From Candidatus Heimdallarchaeota archaeon (GTDB taxonomy: Archaea; Asgardarchaeota; Heimdallarchaeia; Heimdallarchaeales; Heimdallarchaeaceae): 28,348 bases of DNA. Shown here piece after piece: positions 18,064-27,274 of the stretch; the stretch's first letter is position 1, and every line of letters begins with the position of its first letter. Below the pieces are notes generated by a model that ran no database searches, was not told the origin of the DNA, and worked only from the letters and a program-made list of their open reading frames with translations. Position numbers and translations under genes: made by a program. The stretch is taken from the NCBI GenBank assembly GCA_030668825.1, contig DAOVET010000032.1, forward strand, positions 1 through 28,348, written 5' to 3'.

Positions 18064-19827
18064 CTAAAAATCCAATTCTTTTTCGATATTTTCAATAGAA
18101 ATTTCTTCTACTTCTTTTGGCTCAGGTTCTTCTAAAGGAATCTTTATTTCCTCTTCTCTCCTGTAAATCATATTTGTAAAATAATTGTGATGTATGCTTC
18201 CCTTTTCAAACATCTCAACTGCTTTTTTCCTAATTCTTTCGAAGTTAGTTTTGTCCCCCATGTTCTTATAACAATCAAGGCTTGATTTCAAGTAACCTCG
18301 TATAGCGTATTCACTTTTTTCTACAAGCAGTGTTACTGATAGTTTTTCAAATTGATCTGCAGCTCTTGCAAATGATCTATTTGCTTTAAGTTCTTCTTCA
18401 ACTGTTTTGTAATAAAAGGCAGATTTTAGGTAAAGTCTAGCTGCAAAATAAAAGTTCTTTTCTTCGAATTCTCTTGCGATTTTTTCGCAGAATGCTCCTG
18501 CTTGCTCTAATTCATTAATCTGTTCAAATTGTTGAGTATTGATCAAAGTTAAATCATATGCCTTTTGATATATTTTTCTCTCAATACATATATTAGCGAT
18601 TTTCTGAATTTTTGAAGCTACTGCAAAATCAGCAAGTCTGTCTCTAATTTTAACTGATAAGTTCCCAACTTTTTCTATAATCTTATCTGTTGGGGAGATG
18701 TATTTACTCAAATCCTCTAGAATGGAATCAAGTGTAACCATTAGTGAGGTAAGGGGACTGAATAATCTCATTCGGAACTTCATTGCTGTTAATAAGGATT
18801 CTTGCACCAAACGAGCATGTGTTGAACCAATCCACAAAAAACCTTTTTCTTCAAGTGACTTGAGAGCTTCAAGGGGGACATATGCAGTTAATTGTTCAAT
18901 CAAAAAAAGATTTTCATTGAATGAAGCCATTTCTGATAAGACAGACTCTTCTTCATCTGTTAGACTAAAGACCTTAGGAATATTTCTTTCAACAAAATCA
19001 TCGATTCCAAATCCAGATTTGATGAAGAAGTTACCTAAGTTTAGATCAAAGAAAGTTCTTTGACTATTATTAACAAGTTCTAGAATCCCTTTATTCACAA
19101 GTTGAGGTGCAATTCGTCGAAGATAAATCTCAGTATCTGAAACAGATAGAGGTTCTATACTAAAAATCTTTGAATTGTCTGTTAAATTTTTTTCATAGTC
19201 AAAATCAAAAAGATATTGCTTTGTTAAAGCAGAGATAATTACAATGTTGTATCCTCGAATAGATAGTTCCTTGATTATGGTTGAGAAGATTGGGTAAAAT
19301 TCTTGAATATCCATCAATTTGAATAAATGAATATTATCTACAAAGAAATACAAAGTTGTTTGTGTCTCCTGTAGCTTTTGGTTAACTTTATCTAGATTCT
19401 CGAAAAATAAATTGACATAAATCTCAGTATAAGTCTGGGAAGTTTGTTTCTTGATGTTCTCTTTGAGGGCAGGAAGATCATCACCTAATTTCTTTTTTCC
19501 TACTTTTTCAAGAACTGAACGCCAAGCTGGAGATATTTCATCAATCATATTTTTCCATTCTTTGAAGAACCCTAGCAAATCTTTTTCTTCAGGCACTAAA
19601 TCAAACATATGGAAAATATCTTTCCTTACTGATATAGAGGAAAATAATTTTCTTAAAAGAGAACTTTTTCCTGTTCCTTCATCACCAACTAGTAGTATAG
19701 AATGAGTTTTTTTTCCTTCTTTCTTCATGTCTTCTTTAATCTGACTAAAGTCTTTGATAATGTCTCTCAACCCATAAAAATCGTCAGGATTGCAAGGTTG
19801 GAAAAAGTTTGAATCTTGAGTACTCAT
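18064..19827 (-). CDS. STAND/archaeal-ATPase-like P-loop NTPase with wHTH and C-terminal SNAP-like TPR solenoid
   Basis: 'P.DFYGL' N-motif, Walker A GDEGTGKSS, Walker B-like LYFFVDNIH, 'IEPLS..D', wHTH-like 'ALKSLEEKGFLW', TPR-like 'AGAFCEKIA..FE...AARLYLKSAFYYK..E....ANRSFARAA'. SD GAGGT upstream. Confidence 0.8.
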   Translation of the reverse strand: MSTQDSNFFQPCNPDDFYGLRDIIKDFSQIKEDMKKEGKKTHSILLVGDEGTGKSSLLRKLFSSISVRKDIFHMFDLVPEEKDLLGFFKEWKNMIDEISPAWRSVLEKVGKKKLGDDLPALKENIKKQTSQTYTEIYVNLFFENLDKVNQKLQETQTTLYFFVDNIHLFKLMDIQEFYPIFSTIIKELSIRGYNIVIISALTKQYLFDFDYEKNLTDNSKIFSIEPLSVSDTEIYLRRIAPQLVNKGILELVNNSQRTFFDLNLGNFFIKSGFGIDDFVERNIPKVFSLTDEEESVLSEMASFNENLFLIEQLTAYVPLEALKSLEEKGFLWIGSTHARLVQESLLTAMKFRMRLFSPLTSLMVTLDSILEDLSKYISPTDKIIEKVGNLSVKIRDRLADFAVASKIQKIANICIERKIYQKAYDLTLINTQQFEQINELEQAGAFCEKIAREFEEKNFYFAARLYLKSAFYYKTVEEELKANRSFARAADQFEKLSVTLLVEKSEYAIRGYLKSSLDCYKNMGDKTNFERIRKKAVEMFEKGSIHHNYFTNMIYRREEEIKIPLEEPEPKEVEEISIENIEKELDF

Positions 19828-20039
19828 ATGACCTCACGTTATATTTCATTCTGTTTATATTAACCATATCTTATAAAATCTATGAATGTTCATAATATCC
19901 ACTAACACTATAGATTTTTTATCAAAATTAACTCTGTTGAAATACATTCTTAAAGTATATCTTACTTGTAAGTAGAAAACATTAAAAGTGTAAATGATAG
20001 ATGTAGCATGACTCAAACGCAGAGGTGTAAATATGATAG

Positions 20040-20459
20040 GTGAACGTTTTGTTAAATCCAGCAGAACTGGAAAGTTTAGACTACTTAGAAGAAGGGATGG
20101 CCTTTGCTCAAGAGAGGATAAGGAAACTTGAAAAAGATAACTTATTTTTGTTTGATTTACTTAATCAGAGTTTAATCATTTTGTTCGATCAATTAAATGA
20201 TAAACAGAAAGGAATTTTCTTTGAAAGTTATAGTCTAATAGAAAGAAGAAAAATATCTCTAAACCGTTTAGCAGAAAAAATTTCAACAAAGTTGGATATT
20301 TCCTTCTCAACAGCTAAATGGAATATAACTAAACTCAGAGATTTTGGTTTCTTCGAAACTATTGGTATGAGAGGTAACACCAAAACCACTCTAATATCAA
20401 CAATTATAGGTGACACACTCTATTCCACTCTAGGGCAGATCAAAAACAAAAATCGGTAA
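20040..20459 (+). CDS. Winged helix-turn-helix DNA-binding protein
   Basis: 'SLNRLAEKISTKLDISFSTAKWNITKLRDFGFF' HTH followed by a beta-wing 'ETIGMRGNTKTTLISTIIG'. GTG start is uncertain. Confidence 0.75.
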   Translation: MNVLLNPAELESLDYLEEGMAFAQERIRKLEKDNLFLFDLLNQSLIILFDQLNDKQKGIFFESYSLIERRKISLNRLAEKISTKLDISFSTAKWNITKLRDFGFFETIGMRGNTKTTLISTIIGDTLYSTLGQIKNKNR

Positions 20460-20516
20460 AAACACAAACAATAAATGAGAGATTCTATTCTCAGAATATA
20501 ATGAGGTAGAAAAACA

Positions 20517-21437
20517 ATGAATGAATCATTCGAGAAGTATAAAAAATCTGGACATATCTTAGCGAAGACTCTCGAATATGCTAAAAGCTTAGTTAAACCT
20601 GGGATAAAGCTATTGGATATTGCAGAAAAAACTGAAGACTATATCCGAGGTCAATCTGCAGTTCCAGCTTTTCCTGTAAACATTTCTATAAATGAAATCG
20701 CTGCACATTATTCTCCAAGAATAGAAGACGATAGTATCATACCAGAAGCATCTATTGTAAAAATTGATGCTGGTGTCTCTGTTGATGGATATCTTACAGA
20801 CGCAGCAAGAACCCTAGTTTTTGATGAAAAATGGCTACCAATGAAAAATCTTGCTAGAAAAGCTCTCAACTCTGCCTTAAATGCTGTTCAGGTTAATGAA
20901 AGTGTTTTTAGAATCGGAGAAATTGTTCAAAAAACTATAGAAGAAGAAGGTTTCAAACCCATTGTGAATTTAAGTGGGCATTCACTTGCTCATTATTCTT
21001 TACATGATGGTATTTCTATTCCTAATTATAGTGTATCTAAAGAAGCTAGAGATTCCACACATGTATTCCAAATAGGCAAAGCTTACGCAATTGAACCTTT
21101 TGTTACTTCAGGAATAGGGAGAGTAGTCGATACTGATCAAGAAACAATTTTCAGACATTATAAAAAAATAGATGCATCATCATTATCAAACCAATTCAGA
21201 GAAATTTACAGATTTATTGATGATAACTTCAATAGATTACCCTTCAGTTGGAGATGGGTTTACAATGCTGGCTACTCAAAAGAAAAAGTACATAAAGTAA
21301 GGAATTTTCTACTAAAACGTAATATTGTTCATGGATATCCTGTTCTAATTGAAGCTACAGATGCTCCAGTAACACAAGAAGAAGAAACTGTGTACATAGG
21401 AGAGGACAAAATACATATCCTGACAAAAAATAAATAG
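20517..21437 (+). CDS. map: Methionine aminopeptidase type II (archaeal)
   Basis: 'PAFPVNISINEIAAHYSP', metal ligands in KIDAG, LTDAA, LSGHSL, AIEPF and TQEEETV, plus the type II helical insertion ('LPFSWRW...GYPVL'). SD GAGGT. Confidence 0.95.
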   Translation: MNESFEKYKKSGHILAKTLEYAKSLVKPGIKLLDIAEKTEDYIRGQSAVPAFPVNISINEIAAHYSPRIEDDSIIPEASIVKIDAGVSVDGYLTDAARTLVFDEKWLPMKNLARKALNSALNAVQVNESVFRIGEIVQKTIEEEGFKPIVNLSGHSLAHYSLHDGISIPNYSVSKEARDSTHVFQIGKAYAIEPFVTSGIGRVVDTDQETIFRHYKKIDASSLSNQFREIYRFIDDNFNRLPFSWRWVYNAGYSKEKVHKVRNFLLKRNIVHGYPVLIEATDAPVTQEEETVYIGEDKIHILTKNK

Positions 21438-21452
21438 AAAAAGAAATGAGGT

Positions 21453-22637
21453 TTAAATTATCAGATCTTCAAGCTCTCTTGAATAAGGAGTTATTAATTC
21501 AGAACTATCTTCAGTTATTATCACAGTGTCAGAGTGTCTAAAACCACCAAACTTATACTCATATATTCCAGGTTCACATGTAAAAACCATTCCTGGTTTC
21601 ATTATCTCTTCGACTCCTATGTCTAAGAAAGGCGCTTCATGCCCTTCAAGTCCTATAGCATGTCCAGTGTGATGTTGAACAAGATGGAAAACACCTTCAT
21701 CTTTGAGGACTTTTCTTGCAGCTTTATCTACTTCACTACATGGAATGTGAGGTTTAAATGCATCTAACGCAGCATCTTGTGATTTTTTCATTACATCATA
21801 GTATCTTTTTTGTTTCTCATTAGGTGGACCAATAAACATTGTTCTTTCCAATTCAGAATGATATCCAGAAACATTTGCAGACGCACCAGTAACCAAAACA
21901 TCTCCCTTTTTGAATATTGTCTTTTGAATTACTGAATGTGGTATAGCTGACCATTCTCCAATTTGCCCCCTATATCCCGCTCTAGCTGGAAGTAACCCTC
22001 TAGGAATGAATCCTTCCAGATTTTCAAGCATTTTTTCAGATGCTTCCATGCAAGCTTGTAAAGAAACTTCTACTTCATTTTTACCTTCAGCGGTATAATC
22101 TTGTAACAAATGGTGAGCTAAATCGCCATACTTGGCTGAAATCTTAATTAAACGGAGCTCTTCTTCATCCTTCATTTTTCTCATTTCGTTGATTAGATTT
22201 GAGTGTAACTCTGTTGTAGCTTTACCTTCGAGTAGATCTGTTAGTTTGGGTCCTTCGTATCCCCAGTAACTTGAAAATGATGGAGATTCCACCCCAATTT
22301 TTGTATTTGTAACTTTTCTTTCTTCAAGCCTATTAATAAAGACATTTGCTGGATGTTTTTCATCAGGATATTCAAAATAAATTTCTCTTTCTACCCAGGG
22401 AATTTTCTCAATAAGATGTTCTCTTTCCAATCGAGGAACGTAAAACCAAGGTTCCTGAGAACGAGGGAGAACTAGGCAAATCGGTCTTTCAGTTGGAATA
22501 AAGTGATAACCTGTTAAATAATAAATTGATAATGGACTGAAGAAAATCATTGAACCAAGTTCTTTTTTATCCATGAAATCATTGACTCTTTCAACTCGTC
22601 TAATGTGGTTTTCTTTTGATATTGAATACTTATTCAT
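21453..22637 (-). CDS. M24 pita-bread hydrolase (Xaa-Pro peptidase/creatinase family) with a non-canonical metal site
   Basis: Creatinase_N-like N-domain, 'R.MKDEEEL', 'SAIPH', 'GYHSELERT', 'HHTGHAIGLEGHEAP', 'GMVFTCEPGIY', 'GFRHSDTV'. Confidence 0.9.
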   Translation of the reverse strand: MNKYSISKENHIRRVERVNDFMDKKELGSMIFFSPLSIYYLTGYHFIPTERPICLVLPRSQEPWFYVPRLEREHLIEKIPWVEREIYFEYPDEKHPANVFINRLEERKVTNTKIGVESPSFSSYWGYEGPKLTDLLEGKATTELHSNLINEMRKMKDEEELRLIKISAKYGDLAHHLLQDYTAEGKNEVEVSLQACMEASEKMLENLEGFIPRGLLPARAGYRGQIGEWSAIPHSVIQKTIFKKGDVLVTGASANVSGYHSELERTMFIGPPNEKQKRYYDVMKKSQDAALDAFKPHIPCSEVDKAARKVLKDEGVFHLVQHHTGHAIGLEGHEAPFLDIGVEEIMKPGMVFTCEPGIYEYKFGGFRHSDTVIITEDSSELITPYSRELEDLII

Positions 22638-22713
22638 GTTTATGCTTTTTCTTTAGAATGTTAAAATCTTTTTCCCATGCAACTGGACTTAAGCTAAAAT
22701 CATCTATATTGTT

Positions 22714-23163
22714 TCAGGAAAATCCAATAACTGTACTAGTGGGAAGTCTCTTTCTTATTTGTATCAAATCTGGTTTATAAAGATAAAATTCCTTAGACGC
22801 TAACTGTTCTTCCAGAAACTTATCCCAATCAATTTCTATCATCTCTAATGTTTTAAGAACTAAATATTGTTCAATTAATTCCCCAGAAATAACATAAGTT
22901 CCTTGTCCAATATCTCTCCTTCTTATAATTAAAAATGGCAGGTGAACTAATGAAATCAAGTCTTGAGGACATAGAGACTGTAATAGATCTATTTCTTTCT
23001 TATCAATGTAAAGCTGATTATTTTCTCGACTAACGTAATAATTGTATCCCTTAAGAGCTTGTTCAAGAGTAACTCTCTTCTTCGGAAGATGCATATTAAT
23101 TGAGTCAATTTCATGCTTAAGGAAATTAGATAATTTATCGTCAAATCCCAAGAAATTCACCAT
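22714..23163 (-). CDS. DUF61 (UPF0216) family archaeal protein
   Basis: 'EIDSINMHLPKKRVTLEQAL', 'VHLPFLI', 'LYKPDL..IRKRLPTST' match my recollection of the DUF61 pattern. Confidence 0.8.
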   Translation of the reverse strand: MVNFLGFDDKLSNFLKHEIDSINMHLPKKRVTLEQALKGYNYYVSRENNQLYIDKKEIDLLQSLCPQDLISLVHLPFLIIRRRDIGQGTYVISGELIEQYLVLKTLEMIEIDWDKFLEEQLASKEFYLYKPDLIQIRKRLPTSTVIGFS

Positions 23164-23166
23164 CTA

Positions 23167-23979
23167 TTACTTTGCATGTTTGCGTCGAAAGAACACTTTG
23201 TCAATATTGCTAAAAAGGAAGAAAGATCCTGAAATCATTGGAATGAACAAAGTTATCACTAGTGTTATTAAGAAAATGAAAGCAGCGCCAGTTATCCATG
23301 TAAATAAAATATCCTTCTCATCTAATGCATTTGTTATGAACACCAAAACTGTAGCATATACTACATTAAGAATTACATCTAATATGAAAGAAAAAGCTAC
23401 CCATTTCATAGTACTCTTCTTATCACTTGTAAATTTCCTTACAATTTTTCCAAGAACATATCCTATTAGAATAGCAAAAGGAATACCAAGTAAGAATGAA
23501 ATTCCTCGGATTTGTAGAAAGTCCGATATATTTGCTGGAAAAGGAATGATATTCAAGTTCTGATCAGTTATATCTATTGAAGCTAATGCAATAAGGAAGT
23601 TCAAAGTATAGTGAATGAAAGACACTAATACTGTGAAAAGTGAAATGAACAAAAGTTTTTGTCCAAAATTGTATTTTTTCTCTGCAGAATCTATGATTAA
23701 AATATCCTTTTCTTTTGTTTTTTTCTTTTTTGCAACTGGTTTGTCAATTTTATCAAAATCAGGTAACTTAGGGGAAGATGCTTCTTCAACAGATTCTAAT
23801 TCAGGAGAAATGGTAGCAGGAATTTCAACAGGTGGAGCAACTGCGATTTCAGGAGGAGCTTCAACCTCATGAGTTACAACTTCAGCTTCTAATACATCTG
23901 CATCACAAAAGACACACTTTTTAGTCCCTTTTATATTTATATTTCCACATTCTGGGCAACGAACAAATTCTTCACTCAT
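23167..23979 (-). CDS. Zinc-ribbon membrane protein
   Basis: N-terminal CPECG-x8-CVFC ribbon, Pro/Glu-rich linker, Lys run, then about 4 TM helices. Confidence 0.8.
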   Translation of the reverse strand: MSEEFVRCPECGNINIKGTKKCVFCDADVLEAEVVTHEVEAPPEIAVAPPVEIPATISPELESVEEASSPKLPDFDKIDKPVAKKKKTKEKDILIIDSAEKKYNFGQKLLFISLFTVLVSFIHYTLNFLIALASIDITDQNLNIIPFPANISDFLQIRGISFLLGIPFAILIGYVLGKIVRKFTSDKKSTMKWVAFSFILDVILNVVYATVLVFITNALDEKDILFTWITGAAFIFLITLVITLFIPMISGSFFLFSNIDKVFFRRKHAK

Positions 23980-24031
23980 TAGTAAATAATAGATATTTGG
24001 AAATTAAAAAAGTATCTAAAAAGGGAATGCC

Positions 24032-25204
24032 TTAGTAATCTACCTTATTTTCTTTAGACTCTTTAATCAGAACATCAAAAAGCTTTGATTGCTTTGAAGG
24101 CATTTTCATAATTTTTTTCAGTTCTGTTAACTGGTTCTTCTCTTCCTCTGATATTCTTTCAGGAACTGAATAATGAATTACAATCAAGAAATCACCATAA
24201 TTCATTCCATATTGTGTTTTTCGTTGAATGCCTTTTCTTTGTAATCGGAGTACGTTTCCTTCCCTAGTCTTCTTAGGAATTTTTACTTTTTCTGGTCCAT
24301 AAAGTGTTGGAATAACAAATTCTCCTCCAAGAATAGCTAGAGGAAAGGGAATTTCTATTTCCACAATGATGTTATCCGCTTGTCTCTTGTAAAACGAATG
24401 GGGCTCAACTATCAATCTTATTTGAAGATCGCCTCTTGAACCGCCTAACCTACCTTCTTCTCCTTTGTTACGAATTCTTAAACGGAAACCTGAATCAACA
24501 CCAGGAGGTATTACTAATTTTAATCTTTCATTTTCTTTAGCTCTACCTGATCCCCTGCATTCTTTGCAAAGTTTATCGATCATCTCTCCTTTACCCTGAC
24601 ATTTACTGCAGTTCTGTTGTGAAATATATCTTGTAAAACCCATTTGTCTAGTTACAGTTTCAATTCCAGAACCTTGACAATTGTCACATTTCTTTGGTTG
24701 TGTTCCTTCTTGGGCTCCACTTCCCTTGCATCTTTCACATTCTTTCTTTATAGGAACTTCAACTATTTTTTGCGTTCCAAATATTGCTTCTGTAAAAGAA
24801 ATTTGGTAATTCATCAATAAATCTGAACCTTTTTGTGGTCCTGAAGATCTAGACCTACGTCTTCCTCCAAAGAATTGACTAAAGAGGTCATCACCCATGA
24901 AGTCATCTCTAAAGAGGGATGAGAACAAATCCGAAATTGTTGAGAAATCTCCCGAATTTACTGAAGAGAAATCGGAATGAACTCCAGCGAATCCAAATCT
25001 ATCATAAGCAGTTCTTTTCTCTGAATTAGAAAGTATATCATAAGCTTCTGTAGCTTCTTTGAATTTTTCAGCTGCAGCTGAATCATCAGGATTTTTGTCA
25101 GGATGATGTTGCATAGCTAGTTTTCGAAAAGCTTTTTTAATATCTGAATCTGAGGCATCTTTTGATATACCAAGGACTTCGTAGTAATCTCGTTTTTGGG
25201 ACAT
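24032..25204 (-). CDS. dnaJ: Chaperone DnaJ (class A Hsp40)
   Basis: J-domain with HPD, G/F region, four CxxCxGxG repeats, C-terminal substrate domains. SD GAGGT. Confidence 0.98.
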   Translation of the reverse strand: MSQKRDYYEVLGISKDASDSDIKKAFRKLAMQHHPDKNPDDSAAAEKFKEATEAYDILSNSEKRTAYDRFGFAGVHSDFSSVNSGDFSTISDLFSSLFRDDFMGDDLFSQFFGGRRRSRSSGPQKGSDLLMNYQISFTEAIFGTQKIVEVPIKKECERCKGSGAQEGTQPKKCDNCQGSGIETVTRQMGFTRYISQQNCSKCQGKGEMIDKLCKECRGSGRAKENERLKLVIPPGVDSGFRLRIRNKGEEGRLGGSRGDLQIRLIVEPHSFYKRQADNIIVEIEIPFPLAILGGEFVIPTLYGPEKVKIPKKTREGNVLRLQRKGIQRKTQYGMNYGDFLIVIHYSVPERISEEEKNQLTELKKIMKMPSKQSKLFDVLIKESKENKVDY

Positions 25205-25287
25205 GATTTGACCTCATCTATTTTAGAAGCAAACAAAATAGAAAATAAAAAGGGAATAAAAATGTTATCGGTTAGAGTGTTATAAAT

Positions 25288-27165
25288 TTACTCATCATCC
25301 TCTACGGGTTCATAATCCACATCGATAACTTGTTCATCATCAATATCATGTTGAGTTGGAGCACCAGGAGCACCAGGAGCATATTGGTCTTCTGGTTGAG
25401 CTTCACCAGGAACTTGACCTGTTTCCTGATAGATTCGCTGAGATATTTGCATCATAATTTGCATAAGTTCATCAGTTTTTGCTTTAATTTTCTCAGCATC
25501 TTCAGTTTCAGTTTCTTTCTTCAGTTCTTCCATCTTTTCTTCTAACGATTTCTTCTCAGAATCAGATATTTTGTCTCCTAATTCAGTGATTGTTTTCTCG
25601 GTAGAATATAGTGCTTGTTCTGCAGTATTTTTAGCTTCGATGATTAATTTTCGTTTCTCATCTTCTTCTCTGTATTTTTCTGAATCATTTCTCATTTTAT
25701 CTATGTCTTCATCTGATAAATGTGAAGATTGAATTGTTATTTTCTGTTCCTTATTTGTTCCTAAATCTTTGGCTGATACCTGTAGAATACCATTTGCATC
25801 CATATCAAATGCAACTTCAATCTTAGGTATATTTCGGCGAGCAGGGGGTATTCCAACTAGTTGAAATTGCCCTAAAGTAATATTATCTGAAGCCATGGTT
25901 CTTTCTCCTTGAAGAACATGAACTTCAACAGATGTTTGCATATCTGCAGCTGTTGTGAAGACTTTCTTCTTTGTAACTGGAATGGTAGTATTTCTATCTA
26001 TTAAAGGAGTCATAACTCCACCCAAGGTTTCAACACCCAATGTTAAAGGAGTCACATCAAGAAGTAAAATATCTTTAACTTCGCCGGCTAGAACAGCAGC
26101 TTGAACAGCAGCGCCTAAAGCAACAACTTCCTCAGGAGCAACCCCTTTATGTGGCTCTTTACCAAACAACTCCTTAGTCATATCTCTGATCATAGGCATT
26201 CTAGTAGCTCCACCAACCAAGATTACTTGGTCTAAATCACCAGGTTTGATTTTTCCATCTTTCAAAGCTTGTCTAGAAGGACCAGCACATTTCTCTACTA
26301 AATCCTTAGTCATATCTTCAAATTTAGCTCGAGTTAATTCCATATCGAGATGCTTTGGCCCTGAAGCATCAGCTGTAATGTATGGTAAACTGATTTGTGT
26401 TTTCAATTTAGATGTTAGTTCAATTTTAGCTTCTTCTGCAGCATCTTTTAATCTTTGAACAACTTTAGAATCTTTAGACAAATCTATACCTTCTTTCTTT
26501 TTGAATTCTTCACTAATCCAATCAATTATTCTTTGATCCCAATCATCCCCACCTAGTAGGTTATTTCCAGAAGTAGCAATTACTCTAAATAATCCATCAT
26601 CAAGTTCTAGAATTGAAATATCGAAAGTTCCTCCACCAAGATCAAAAACCAAAACTCTTTCTGCACCTTCTTTGTCTAGTCCATAGGCCAGAGCACTGGC
26701 AGTGGGTTCATTTACAATTCTCAAAACATCTAAACCAGCAATTTCTCCAGCATCTTTTGTAGCTTGCCTTTGAGAATCACTGAAATAAGCTGGAACAGTT
26801 ATAACAGCTTTGTGAATTTTCTGGTTGAGATATGCTTCAGCATCTTCTTTTAGTTTAGTTAAAATTATAGCAGAAATTTCTTCAGGGTGAAATTCTTTAT
26901 CATCTACTTTGAATCTAAAATCAGTACCCATTTTTCTCTTAATACTTCGAATAGTTCTATCAGGCAAGACTATAGCCTGTCTTTTTGCTTGTATTCCAAT
27001 AGTACGAGTTCCATCCTCATTGAATGTAACAACACTAGGAGTGATTCTTCCTCCTTCAATATTTGGAATAATCTCTGGTTTACCTGCAACCATATAAGCG
27101 ATACCTGAGTTAGTTGTACCTAAATCAATTCCAACGACAAGTTCTTTTTTTGTTTTATTACTCAT
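25288..27165 (-). CDS. dnaK: Chaperone DnaK (Hsp70)
   Basis: 'GIDLGTTNS', 'TVPAYF', 'NEPTA', 'DLGGGTFD', linker '[13 protein letters not shown]'. It lacks the N-terminal insert, as in Gram-positive/archaeal DnaK. SD GGTGA. Confidence 0.99.
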   Translation of the reverse strand: MSNKTKKELVVGIDLGTTNSGIAYMVAGKPEIIPNIEGGRITPSVVTFNEDGTRTIGIQAKRQAIVLPDRTIRSIKRKMGTDFRFKVDDKEFHPEEISAIILTKLKEDAEAYLNQKIHKAVITVPAYFSDSQRQATKDAGEIAGLDVLRIVNEPTASALAYGLDKEGAERVLVFDLGGGTFDISILELDDGLFRVIATSGNNLLGGDDWDQRIIDWISEEFKKKEGIDLSKDSKVVQRLKDAAEEAKIELTSKLKTQISLPYITADASGPKHLDMELTRAKFEDMTKDLVEKCAGPSRQALKDGKIKPGDLDQVILVGGATRMPMIRDMTKELFGKEPHKGVAPEEVVALGAAVQAAVLAGEVKDILLLDVTPLTLGVETLGGVMTPLIDRNTTIPVTKKKVFTTAADMQTSVEVHVLQGERTMASDNITLGQFQLVGIPPARRNIPKIEVAFDMDANGILQVSAKDLGTNKEQKITIQSSHLSDEDIDKMRNDSEKYREEDEKRKLIIEAKNTAEQALYSTEKTITELGDKISDSEKKSLEEKMEELKKETETEDAEKIKAKTDELMQIMMQISQRIYQETGQVPGEAQPEDQYAPGAPGAPTQHDIDDEQVIDVDYEPVEDDE

Positions 27166-27274
27166 TTTATCACCATTAAGGTACTTAGTTAATGTAAAAT
27201 ATTTGCTTTACTTAAACAAGCGTTTTGATTTAGATGTCATATAGTGATATATATATCTTATCATTGGAAAAAAA

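Noticed and set aside
23042-23563. 173-aa plus-strand ORF
   Set aside because: Antisense shadow over the DUF61 and zinc-ribbon membrane genes; no motif.
25358-25381. ggagcacca tandem repeat
   Set aside because: Encodes the APGAPGAP low-complexity tail of DnaK; ordinary.
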